From the NCBI GenBank assembly GCA_023898605.1, contig CP060230.1, forward strand, positions 466,444 through 530,443: a DNA stretch of 64,000 bases, given 5' to 3'. The stretch's first letter is position 1. The number at the start of each line of letters is the position of its first letter. Under the pieces are notes generated by a model that saw nothing but the letters and a program-made list of their open reading frames with translations, was not told where the DNA came from and did not search any database. Position numbers and translations under genes: made by a program. Positions 1 to 7,854 of this stretch are shown here, one piece after another. Origin of the DNA: Candidatus Nomurabacteria bacterium. Its GTDB lineage: Bacteria > Patescibacteriota > Minisyncoccia > Phycocordibacterales > UBA9973.

Positions 1-150
1 CAAATATATACTTTTTTAGAGTTTCTTGTTTTAAGTACAGAGTAAAAACCCCTATCAAAGAAACAAGGCTAACGAGGATTATACTCAGGAAAGAGGCTGT
101 TATTGTGTTTATCATGTTGATTTTTTTATTTGGATAAATTTGTTTAGAAT

Positions 151-165
151 TGCAACATTGTTGCA
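151..165. promoter_or_regulatory. 7-1-7 palindrome TGCAACA-t-TGTTGCA overlapping the putative -35/spacer of the Fur-like gene; candidate Fur/Zur operator for autoregulation
   Basis: Inverted repeat read directly at 151-165. TTGCAA (150-155) and TTATAG-like -10 (about 174-180) lie just upstream of ATG 187. Confidence 0.4.
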
Positions 166-180
166 TTTATGCCATTATAG

Positions 181-612
181 GTGCATATGGGAGAAAAGTC
201 AACAAAACATATCGTCTCAGAGGTATTCGAAAAAAGTAATATAAAACAAACTCTTTCCCGAGAAAAAGTTTTGAGCATACTGATTGAGTCTCGGAAACCT
301 CTTTGCGTACAAGACATAAGAAATCTTTCCGGAGGAGAATTGGATAGAGTTTCTATATATAGAAACCTGGAATGTTTTTTGTCACGTGGAATAATTTACA
401 GATCAGACTTTAGAAAAGGTCGTGCCTTTTTTGAGTATCAAACAAATCACCATCACCACATAACTTGTACGATTTGTGGAGATAGAGAATCTATAGATTT
501 TTGTATAAGTGATAAATTAGATAAAATAAAAAGTAGTTTGAAAAAGTTTAATTCTCCATCAAACCATATATTAGAATTTTTTGGAAAATGTAAAAAATGC
601 GAAAACAAATAA
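181..612 (+). CDS. Fur family metal-responsive transcriptional regulator (Fur/Zur-like); probable true start at ATG 187
   Basis: Winged-helix N-terminus, HHHH-x-TCTICG and C-terminal CKKC motifs typical of Fur/Zur; length 141-143 aa. Confidence 0.75.
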   Translation: MHMGEKSTKHIVSEVFEKSNIKQTLSREKVLSILIESRKPLCVQDIRNLSGGELDRVSIYRNLECFLSRGIIYRSDFRKGRAFFEYQTNHHHHITCTICGDRESIDFCISDKLDKIKSSLKKFNSPSNHILEFFGKCKKCENK

Positions 613-1736
613 AAACAATACTAATCTTACTTATTGTTCTTGTTCCCTTTTTTAATTCTAGTGCTCAAGAAGTAGTAGAAACAAACACAACAATAAAAGG
701 AAGGGTTGTTGAAATACTAGACCAAGAAACAAGAAACGTCCCTGGAACAAACACTCCGCACACATATCAGACAATAACAGCCGAAATTCTAAGCGGAGAA
801 AAAGAAGGTCAAATAATAACAATAGAAAATGATTTTCTTGAAATGAAACCCGGTAGTGTTTTTTATGCAAATCACTTTTCAGATATAGACGGCAGAGATT
901 ACTACTCAATAATAAATATAGAAAGAAAAAATGGGCTTATAATTCTAACGCTTATTTTTGTTTTATCTGTTGTACTTTTAAGTGGCTGGCAGGGGGCGAG
1001 ATCTATAATTGCACTTATCGGAAGCTTTTTGGCAATATTTTATATTCTAATACCAGGAATGCTTGCTGGGTGGAGTCCCGTTTTGGCAAGCTCTCTTGTT
1101 GCTGGTAGTGTCTTATTTTTCGCTATATTTTTTACACACGGATTCAATAGAGAGTCTTTTGTGGCGTACATAGGAACGATTCTTTCTGTTGTACTAACAA
1201 TACTTTTGGCAAAATTTGCCATAAATATAACGAGTTTATCTGGGATAGCAACAGAAGAGTCTGTTTATCTAAACTTCAACACACAAGGATCGATCAATTT
1301 TGTTGAGCTTCTTTTGGGTGGAATAATAATTGGTATTCTGGGAGTTCTAGATGATATATCAATAACACAAGTTGCCGTTGTTAGGGAGCTATATGACAGC
1401 AATAAAAATATGACTAAAAAAGAAGCTTACAAAAGATCTATTCGTGTCGGAAAAGAACACGTTAGTGCGCTTGTAAACACTCTTATTTTGGCATATACGG
1501 GAACATCACTACCACTCCTTCTTTTGTTTTCATCGTCAGGAAGTGATATGGGTTTTTCTATGGTAAATTTGGAAATATTTGCAACAGAAGTTGTAAGAAC
1601 AATGGTTGGAAGCATAGGAATAATAATGACAGTTCCAATAGTAACTCTACTTGCTGTAGTTTATCTAAAAAACAAAAAGCATAGCAAAAGTTTCCATGTG
1701 CACAGTCATGCTCATGCGCACGATCATTCTTATTAA
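597..1736 (+). CDS. YibE/F-like polytopic membrane protein with a C-terminal His-rich tail (HVHSHAHAHDH)
   Basis: N-terminal signal/TM, multiple TM helices, His-rich metal-binding-like C-terminus; 16-bp overlap with the upstream Fur-like gene suggests translational coupling. Confidence 0.55.
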   Translation: MRKQIKTILILLIVLVPFFNSSAQEVVETNTTIKGRVVEILDQETRNVPGTNTPHTYQTITAEILSGEKEGQIITIENDFLEMKPGSVFYANHFSDIDGRDYYSIINIERKNGLIILTLIFVLSVVLLSGWQGARSIIALIGSFLAIFYILIPGMLAGWSPVLASSLVAGSVLFFAIFFTHGFNRESFVAYIGTILSVVLTILLAKFAINITSLSGIATEESVYLNFNTQGSINFVELLLGGIIIGILGVLDDISITQVAVVRELYDSNKNMTKKEAYKRSIRVGKEHVSALVNTLILAYTGTSLPLLLLFSSSGSDMGFSMVNLEIFATEVVRTMVGSIGIIMTVPIVTLLAVVYLKNKKHSKSFHVHSHAHAHDHSY

Positions 1737-1740
1737 AATG

Positions 1741-1813
1741 CGACCCTGGTAGGAATCGAACCTACATTACGACTTCCGCAAAGTCGCGTCCTATCCATTG
1801 AACGACAGAGTCT
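1741..1813 (-). tRNA. tRNA-Arg (anticodon GCG as folded by hand), no encoded CCA
   Basis: Cloverleaf folded manually: acceptor GACTCTG/CAGGGTC (one G-U), D stem GTTC/GGAC, anticodon stem CGACT/AGTCG with loop TTGCGGA, T arm GTAGG-TTCGATT-CCTAC. Confidence 0.65.
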
Positions 1814-1853
1814 TGCCTCGAAAAAAGAGATTAACACAAAACAGGCTTTGTAT

Positions 1854-2315
1854 CTAGAACCCAATTCTGTCCATGAAAGACTCGGCGAGCGGGTGTTCTA
1901 GCTCCTCTTTTTGTATGTATTGAGACAATATTTGATCTATTTGTTCCATCGAAACACTTTCAGAGATTATTGTAGAAACAACAGGAAGAACAAATCTATT
2001 TATATGCAAAAGAAGTACGTTATAGTCTGGTCTTTCCTGCAAGTCAAAAGATTTTATCGAATCAAACGTGAAAAGTTTGTCGTGCAAAACAACCCCTTGA
2101 TCTGTTATTCTAACGTTTAGAATCTCTGCTTTCTTGGTCGAATAGTAGAACATCAGTATAGAAGATATAAGTAGAAAGATAGCAAAGAAAAAATTTCTAT
2201 CTAATACAGAAAGTACTATCCCTACAACAAAAAGACCGCCAACGACCCAAAACCAGTCGACGTTCTTTTTCCTTTCTATAAATTCTGGTGCTTCCCAAGA
2301 AAGTAATTCTTGCAT
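1854..2315 (-). CDS. hypothetical membrane protein (2 predicted TM helices)
   Basis: ORF with hydrophobic segments VVGGLFVVGIVLSVL and FFAIFLLISSILMFYY; no recognisable family. Confidence 0.4.
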   Translation of the reverse strand: MQELLSWEAPEFIERKKNVDWFWVVGGLFVVGIVLSVLDRNFFFAIFLLISSILMFYYSTKKAEILNVRITDQGVVLHDKLFTFDSIKSFDLQERPDYNVLLLHINRFVLPVVSTIISESVSMEQIDQILSQYIQKEELEHPLAESFMDRIGF

Positions 2316-2364
2316 ATAGATATTGTACTACAAGAATACTTTGTTTTATATATTTTTGAACAGA

Positions 2365-2625
2365 CTACTCTCCTTTTGCCCAAGCAAGTAGACCTTCGTA
2401 GTCTTCTCCTCCACAAATCCACTTTCCGCTTTCTTCGTTGAAAAAATAAGGCACTCCCCCACAATTGCCATTATCACAAGCTTCCATCATTTTTAGATTT
2501 TCTTCGTTGTGCCAAACTTCTAGTTTTTCGACAGAAAGACCTTCTTCTTTTTCTAGCTTTTCTATAAGAGGCATCATGTGTTCGCAGTGCGGACACTCAT
2601 TACCATAAAACATTTTTAGTGACAT
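2365..2625 (-). CDS. glutaredoxin-like/thioredoxin-fold small redox protein
   Basis: CPHC active-site motif near the N-terminus, 86 aa, thioredoxin-fold length. Confidence 0.6.
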   Translation of the reverse strand: MSLKMFYGNECPHCEHMMPLIEKLEKEEGLSVEKLEVWHNEENLKMMEACDNGNCGGVPYFFNEESGKWICGGEDYEGLLAWAKGE

Positions 2626-2714
2626 ATTTTATAAACTTTATTTAACCTAACAATATCTTTGATTCTAACTTTTTTACTAAAATAATACAAAAGTCGGGTT
2701 ACCCCGACTTTTGA

Positions 2715-2981
2715 TTACTTTGCTTTTGCTTCTTTTACAATTCTAGAGACTTTTGACTTTCTTCTAGCTGCTGTGTTTTTCTTGATGATTCCAGTTTTTG
2801 CAGCCTTGTCTATAGCTTTGTATGTAGCACTGATCATATTTTGTGCTTCTTTTGGATCAGTTTTAGCTGTTTTTGTTATTTTCTTTATTGCCTCCTTCAT
2901 GGTCTTCTTTTTTCTATCGTTAACTATCTTTTTCTTTTGAGAACCACGAAGCGCTTTCTTTGCTGATTTTGTAATTGGCAT
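2715..2981 (-). CDS. rpsT: 30S ribosomal protein S20
   Basis: MPITKSAKKALR...AARRKSKVSRIV, basic, 88 aa, classic S20 N-terminus. Confidence 0.8.
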   Translation of the reverse strand: MPITKSAKKALRGSQKKKIVNDRKKKTMKEAIKKITKTAKTDPKEAQNMISATYKAIDKAAKTGIIKKNTAARRKSKVSRIVKEAKAK

Positions 2982-3101
2982 AATCGCTTTTATTTAAATA
3001 ATAATAGACACTTAATATTGCGAACCCTAGGATAATAACACAATTTTTAACTCTTGCAAGAAGAAGATAAAAGATTTTAGTTTGTGATAGAATTGACCTA
3101 T

Positions 3102-3668
3102 ATGATCGGAGTAATAAGAGGAGAAATTATAGAAAAAGACGGAAAAAGAATAATCGTAGATACAGGAGGTGTTGGATATAGTATCTACATGACAGAGACG
3201 GATATAATTAGCACCAAAATAGGAGAATCTGTTTTTTTGTATACCTACATGGCGGTCAAAGAAAACGCCATAGAGTTATATGGATTCTTTGAAGAGGGTG
3301 ACAAAGAAATATTTGAAAGACTCTTGAGTGTGTCAGGAATAGGGCCAAGGTCTGCTCTTTCTATATTGGGGATTGCACCCAGAGAAACACTCCTCCGTGC
3401 TATTTCTTCTGGAGACTCATCTTACCTGACACAAGTTTCAGGAATAGGTAAAAAAACAGCAGAAAAAATAGTTCTGGAACTAAGAGATCAGTTGAAAGAT
3501 ATACAAATAGACGAAGGATTGAGAGGAAAAACAGACGCACTAGAAGCACTGATTTCTCTTGGGTATAAAAAAGAAGAGGCTCGTGATGCAATAAAAAGTG
3601 TTTCAGAAGAAATAGAAGATCTGAACGAAATGATACGAGAAGCACTAAAAATAATAAGTAAGTCTTAA
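3102..3668 (+). CDS. ruvA: Holliday junction branch migration protein RuvA (ORF track starts 3084; MIGVIRG start at 3102 matches RuvA N-termini)
   Basis: Two helix-hairpin-helix motifs (VSGIGPRSALSILG, VSGIGKKTAEKIV) and a C-terminal RuvB-interaction domain. Confidence 0.85.
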   Translation: MIGVIRGEIIEKDGKRIIVDTGGVGYSIYMTETDIISTKIGESVFLYTYMAVKENAIELYGFFEEGDKEIFERLLSVSGIGPRSALSILGIAPRETLLRAISSGDSSYLTQVSGIGKKTAEKIVLELRDQLKDIQIDEGLRGKTDALEALISLGYKKEEARDAIKSVSEEIEDLNEMIREALKIISKS

Positions 3669-3671
3669 CCT

Positions 3672-4583
3672 ATGCCTGAACTTCCAGAAGTAACGACAAC
3701 TGTTTTGGGGTTAAACAAAACAGTAAAAGGCAAAACAATAAAAGATGTTTGGACAGAATACAAAAGTTCTTACAAACCACACAAAAACACAATAAAAGAT
3801 CCAAAATATTTTCTAGAGTTCAAGAAAAAAATAGTCGGCAAGAAAATCCTAGGCGCAGAAAGGATTGGAAAAAACATACTTATACACCTTTCTAGTAAAG
3901 AAAGCATATTGATACACATGAAAATGACTGGTCACCTTATGTATGGTGAGTACGTTTTTGATAAGAAGAAAAAATCATGGTCACCTGAGAAGAAAAGTCC
4001 TGCCCCGCTACATGACCCATATAATAGATTTATAAGACTTGTTTTTACTTTGTCTGATGGCAAAGAATTGGTTCTTTGTGACTCCCGAAAATTTGCAAAA
4101 GTAGTTTTACTCGATGACAAAATCACAAACGAAAAACACATAGGATTTATAGGATTAGATCCGCTAGACCCAAAACTTTCCCTAGAAACATTTATAGAGC
4201 GTGTTTCAAGAAAGAAGAGTACAAAAATAAAAACAGCTCTTTTGGATCAAACACTTATCTCTGGTATAGGAAATATATATTCGGACGAAGCGCTTTTTCT
4301 GTCTGGAATATCACCTAAAAGGATTGTGAGGGAAATAAAAAAAGAAGAGTGGAAGAAACTTTTCCAAAACACAAAAAAGGTTCTAGAGAAAGGTATAGAT
4401 TTCGGTGGAGATTCTACGAGTGATTACAGAAACATCTATGGAGAACCTGGAAAATTCCAACATAAACACAATGTATATAGAAGAAAGGGAGAGCGTTGTA
4501 GTAAAAAGGGTTGCAGTGGTGTTATTATAAGAGAAGTTATAGGCGGCAGAAGCTCCCACTTCTGTCCAAAACATCAAAAATAG
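3672..4583 (+). CDS. mutM: formamidopyrimidine-DNA glycosylase (Fpg/MutM)
   Basis: N-terminal MPELPEV (catalytic Pro2, Glu3), H2TH region, C-terminal zinc finger C-x2-C...C-x2-H (CSKKGC...HFCPKH). Confidence 0.85.
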   Translation: MPELPEVTTTVLGLNKTVKGKTIKDVWTEYKSSYKPHKNTIKDPKYFLEFKKKIVGKKILGAERIGKNILIHLSSKESILIHMKMTGHLMYGEYVFDKKKKSWSPEKKSPAPLHDPYNRFIRLVFTLSDGKELVLCDSRKFAKVVLLDDKITNEKHIGFIGLDPLDPKLSLETFIERVSRKKSTKIKTALLDQTLISGIGNIYSDEALFLSGISPKRIVREIKKEEWKKLFQNTKKVLEKGIDFGGDSTSDYRNIYGEPGKFQHKHNVYRRKGERCSKKGCSGVIIREVIGGRSSHFCPKHQK

Positions 4584-4748
4584 TTATGTTAGGAAAACCA
4601 AAAAACGATATAGATTTTATATTCTGGATACTGGGTGTTCTTTTGCTTATATGGATTATTTGGGTTATAACCGGTGGTCCACAAAAGTTCGAAGAAAAAA
4701 ATCAACCATTCATAGAGTCACCAATCCAAGACGCGCACGTAGAATAAT

Positions 4749-5225
4749 CTATTTATCGAAAAGTCTGAAAAGCAAAACTCCTCCCGCAACAGAAACATTG
4801 AGAGATTCTTTTTCTCCTTTCATTGGTATTTCCAGTATGACATCAGAAATATTTAAAACTTCTTTTGAAACACCATCCACTTCGCTCCCCAAAACTATTG
4901 CTATTTTTTCTGGAGCATCAAAAGACTTGTAATCAATTGACCTTTCGTCTTGTTCAAGAGAGGCCACCTTGAAACCATCTTCTTTTAACTTTTTTACAAT
5001 ATCCGAAGAACTAGCCACATGCTCCCAAGGAATACTTTTTTCAGCGCCGAGTGAAGCTTTTGAGATGTCTTTTCTATATCTACCAAATCTATCTACTGGA
5101 TCTGGTGTGATGCCAGCTATATATATCTTATCTATACCTACGGCATCAGAAGATCTAAAAATAGACCCGACATTTTGGGCACTTCTTATATTTTCTAGAA
5201 TTAAGATTTTAGTATATTGTTTCAC
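4749..5225 (-). CDS. SpoU/TrmH-family RNA 2'-O-methyltransferase (TrmL/TrmH-like)
   Basis: ENIRSAQNVGSIFRSSDAVG motif 1 and IVLGSEVDGVS motif of SPOUT methyltransferases, 158 aa. Confidence 0.7.
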   Translation of the reverse strand: MKQYTKILILENIRSAQNVGSIFRSSDAVGIDKIYIAGITPDPVDRFGRYRKDISKASLGAEKSIPWEHVASSSDIVKKLKEDGFKVASLEQDERSIDYKSFDAPEKIAIVLGSEVDGVSKEVLNISDVILEIPMKGEKESLNVSVAGGVLLFRLFDK

Positions 5226-5239
5226 GTCTGTTTAAGTAA

Positions 5240-5400
5240 AACTATGAGCCTTTTTGGTCACAAGTTACTAAGTCTGCTCGTCCTTCACAAGTTCAGGACT
5301 GTGCGAACTAAGTACTTTCGACCCCGCCTCGCCCGTCGCAAAGCGACATGGCTGTGGCTGACATCAAGCACAAAAATAAAAAGCAGTTTTTGTTTTTGTG
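5240..5400 (-). ncRNA. GC-rich structured region immediately downstream (minus strand) of tRNA-Lys; candidate small RNA, possibly SRP-RNA-like (GGAC-GAGCAG resembles the helix-8 GGAAGCAG), unassigned
   Basis: Local GC content far above the window background; hairpin GTCGC-TTT-GCGAC; GUCC...GGACGAGCAG segment; no ORF support. Confidence 0.15.
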
Positions 5401-5406
5401 TCTTTC

Positions 5407-5480
5407 TGTCCCCTCGGCAGGATTCGAACCTGCGACCATCTCCTTAAAAGGGAGCTGCTCTACCAACTGAGCTACAAGGG
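5407..5480 (-). tRNA. tRNA-Lys (anticodon TTT)
   Basis: Manual fold: acceptor CCCCTTG/CGAGGGG, D arm GCTC-AGTTGGTA-GAGC, anticodon loop CTTTTAA, T arm GCAGG-TTCGAAT-CCTGC. Confidence 0.8.
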
Positions 5481-5547
5481 GATATTTCTATTTTTATCTT
5501 TTGTTTATTTCGAGATTAAAAATCTTTGAAGCGTCTATTTTACCAAA

Positions 5548-5630
5548 GCCGACGATTCTGTCGGCTCCCCGACCTCCTTGCGTGGCAAGGACGTCGGGGC
5601 TGATCCCTACAAGGGGATTCCTTTATCGGT
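5548..5630. other. cluster of three consecutive GC-rich hairpins, including a 15-bp stem CCCCGACCTCCTTGC-gtg-GCAAGGACGTCGGGG; unassigned structured element upstream (minus strand) of tRNA-Lys
   Basis: Inverted repeats read directly: AGCCGAC-gattct-GTCGGCT; CCCCGACCTCCTTGC/GCAAGGACGTCGGGG; GATCCC...GGGGAT. Confidence 0.25.
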
Positions 5631-5716
5631 ACAAGCAAAATAACACAAAAAAGATATTTATGCAACGCTAAAAACGGGCTTTTATCTGGACGATTTTTGT
5701 TTTAATATAGATAAAT

Positions 5717-6094
5717 ATGAAAAAGAAAGAACTTATAGTAACAATCATTTCAATTTTAGTAGTGGCGGTGGTCGTTATTTGGGCCGGAGCAAAAAGTGGC
5801 ACCGGTGGAAAATATGACGCGTTCGCAAGTTGTATAGCAGAAAGCGGTACAGAGTTTTATGGAGCTTTTTGGTGTCCACACTGCCAAGCGCAAAAGAAGG
5901 CTTTTGGTTCATCACAAAAACTTCTCCCATATATAGAATGCTCTACTCCAGACGGACAAGGGCAACTAGAAATATGTACTGAAAAAGGTATAGAAGGTTA
6001 TCCAACATGGATATTCCCGGACGGAGAAAGATTGAGTGGCGAAGTTGAATTGGATATTTTGGCAGAAAAAACTAGTTGTGAATTGCCACAATAA
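5717..6094 (+). CDS. membrane-anchored thioredoxin-like thiol:disulfide oxidoreductase (BdbD/DsbA-like)
   Basis: N-terminal TM anchor, CPHC active site, immediately upstream of the DsbB/BdbC homolog. Confidence 0.6.
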   Translation: MKKKELIVTIISILVVAVVVIWAGAKSGTGGKYDAFASCIAESGTEFYGAFWCPHCQAQKKAFGSSQKLLPYIECSTPDGQGQLEICTEKGIEGYPTWIFPDGERLSGEVELDILAEKTSCELPQ

Positions 6095-6097
6095 TAT

Positions 6098-6646
6098 ATG
6101 TCTTTTGAAGAAGTAAATATATTGAATAACATCATAGCTATCGGGATAATAATTCTCGGTATTTCTTCCCTACTGCTATCGCTTGAACTTTTTGGAATAA
6201 AAATACTACCTAAAAAAATAAAAAGTTTTATGACAAAAAATCTTCTTTGGATTGGTTTTTCTGTTTCTCTTGGCGCTATGGCTTTCTCTATGATTTATTC
6301 TACAGTAGTAGGGTATCCACCATGTGACCTTTGTTGGTATCAGAGAATATTTATGTACCCACTTGTTTTTATTTTTGGAATGATGGCACTCAAAAAAGAA
6401 TACGAGAGCCGAGGACTGTGGGTTCTTGGAAGAAACCTATCTTTTGTTGGTATAACAATAGCTATATACCAAAACCTTATAACGTGGTTCGATGTTTCTA
6501 GTATATGTTCTTCTGGCTCTGATTGTACAAAACTTCTAGTAAACTCGTTTGGTTTTGTAACAATCCCCCTTATGTCCTTTGTGGGATTTCTCTTTTTGAT
6601 TGTTTTGTTTTACTGGAATAAAAATTTTAGATCCTCTCTAGGATAA
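6098..6646 (+). CDS. disulfide bond formation protein B (DsbB/BdbC family)
   Basis: 4 TM helices, first periplasmic loop PPCDLCWYQRIFMYP (BdbC C-x-L-C-W-Y-Q-R signature), second Cys pair CSSGSDC. Confidence 0.75.
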   Translation: MSFEEVNILNNIIAIGIIILGISSLLLSLELFGIKILPKKIKSFMTKNLLWIGFSVSLGAMAFSMIYSTVVGYPPCDLCWYQRIFMYPLVFIFGMMALKKEYESRGLWVLGRNLSFVGITIAIYQNLITWFDVSSICSSGSDCTKLLVNSFGFVTIPLMSFVGFLFLIVLFYWNKNFRSSLG

Positions 6647-7325
6647 ACCTTTCCATCGTTTCAGAAAGAGGAATATTTCTACTTCTAGAATAATCTGGTA
6701 GAGACACCCAGTCTTTTATTATTTTCTTTAGTTCATCTTTCTCAAAAAGACTAGTGGATTTTTTCAAAATAGAGTATTGGAAGGGTTTTAGATTGAACTC
6801 GTTTTGTTTCTTTTCAAAATAAACCATTGATATATTTTTCATCTGCCACCATAAAAGTCCGTGAATGGCCTCGGCGCTCTCTCCCCCTTTTAGGGTTTTC
6901 AAGAAAAGAAGCCATAGATTTTTTCTATCTCGAGAGATAAGTGCGTTTGTCAAAGAATAATCTTTTTTCCATTCTTCTTTCTTTTTAGAAAAATCTAAAA
7001 CCTCTCCACCTATTTTTGTAATTACTTTTTCCGCATCTTTATCTATTTTTTCTTCTACAAAAAAGATTGTTTTATCACTGTTTTTGTTTTCTTCCAGAAA
7101 TTTTAGTATGTGATCTTTATCTAAAAAACCTTCTAGAATAAGAACTTTTTTGATTTCAAAAAGCGCCTCACCTTTGATATGAGAAATGAGTATATCTTCT
7201 GGACTTTCTACGTCTTTATAAGAAACTCTTTCGAAAGAAAAACCTTTCTTTGAAAAGTCTTTTTTATAGACGTCTATTTTTTTATTTTTTGCGACAAGGT
7301 CTGTCCCGATGAAAACTATTATCAT
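6627..7325 (-). CDS. hypothetical protein, possibly a short DNA polymerase III delta subunit (HolA-like)
   Basis: Located adjacent to polA; weak resemblance to HolA (IVFIGTD start, helical C-terminal region); not confidently assignable. Confidence 0.3.
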   Translation of the reverse strand: MIIVFIGTDLVAKNKKIDVYKKDFSKKGFSFERVSYKDVESPEDILISHIKGEALFEIKKVLILEGFLDKDHILKFLEENKNSDKTIFFVEEKIDKDAEKVITKIGGEVLDFSKKKEEWKKDYSLTNALISRDRKNLWLLFLKTLKGGESAEAIHGLLWWQMKNISMVYFEKKQNEFNLKPFQYSILKKSTSLFEKDELKKIIKDWVSLPDYSRSRNIPLSETMERFILERI

Positions 7326-7328
7326 AAA

Positions 7329-7808
7329 CTAAAACCACCTTCTAACCTTTTCTCTGTACTGTCTATATGATTCTCCGTATTTTTTTTCCAAATACTCATC
7401 CTGCTTGTCTAGAAAAATAGTTTGAGAAACAAGAAAAGAAAGGAATATAGTAACTAATATAAATAGTGAGTTTATGAGTAGTGCTACTCCGACAATCATA
7501 AAAAGTAGACCAAGGTGGGTTGGACTCCTAGAAAATTTATATGGCCCTTTATAGAAATCCATAACAGTCTGATTATTGTCGCTTCTCTCGTCTTTACTCC
7601 CTCTTGTTGTGTTCTGTGCCCAAAATACAAATATCGTACCGATTAGTATCAGAAAAAACCCAACATCTGGATAAGAATTATTTTCAAAAATAGGATATTT
7701 GAAGAAAAGGTGTAGAACTATACCCAAAATCATCCCAAAATAAAAAGAGGTGTAAGAGTATGATAGTGCGTAGTGAACGCCAGCTTTTTGTTTTTCTAGT
7801 TCTCCCAT
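7329..7808 (-). CDS. isoprenylcysteine carboxyl methyltransferase (ICMT)/phospholipid methyltransferase family membrane protein
   Basis: GPYKFSRSPTHLG matches the ICMT/PEMT GPY-R-HP-YLG motif; 4-5 TM helices. Confidence 0.6.
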   Translation of the reverse strand: MGELEKQKAGVHYALSYSYTSFYFGMILGIVLHLFFKYPIFENNSYPDVGFFLILIGTIFVFWAQNTTRGSKDERSDNNQTVMDFYKGPYKFSRSPTHLGLLFMIVGVALLINSLFILVTIFLSFLVSQTIFLDKQDEYLEKKYGESYRQYREKVRRWF

Positions 7809-7854
7809 ATTTAGTCTTTGATTCTATTTATAATTATACTCTCTCCTATAATTC

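Noticed and set aside
658-909. Antisense or overlapping short ORFs from the six-frame track nested in longer genes (e.g., 658-909, 1040-1222, 3400-3645, 8738-9007, 9344-9685, 14256-14855, 20237-20539, 36656-36928, 40299-40688, 50711-51343, 55349-55789)
   Set aside because: They lie wholly within longer ORFs that have clear family assignments or signal peptides. Their proteins are low complexity (Leu/Phe/Ser-rich) as expected from reverse-strand translation of AT-rich coding DNA, and none has a recognisable motif
4511-4747. ORF 4511-4747 (+) overlapping the 3' end of mutM; possible 53-aa TM peptide from ATG 4586
   Set aside because: Only the portion after the mutM stop could be independent (single hydrophobic helix, MLGKPKNDIDFIFWILGVLLLIWIIWVITGG). 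It is plausible as a small membrane protein but unsupported by any motif or conservation evidence here
5217-5447. ORF 5217-5447 (+) and ORF 4969-5235 (+)
   Set aside because: They overlap the tRNA-Lys gene and the GC-rich structured region, or lie antisense to the SpoU methyltransferase; the translations are compositionally odd; more likely non-coding
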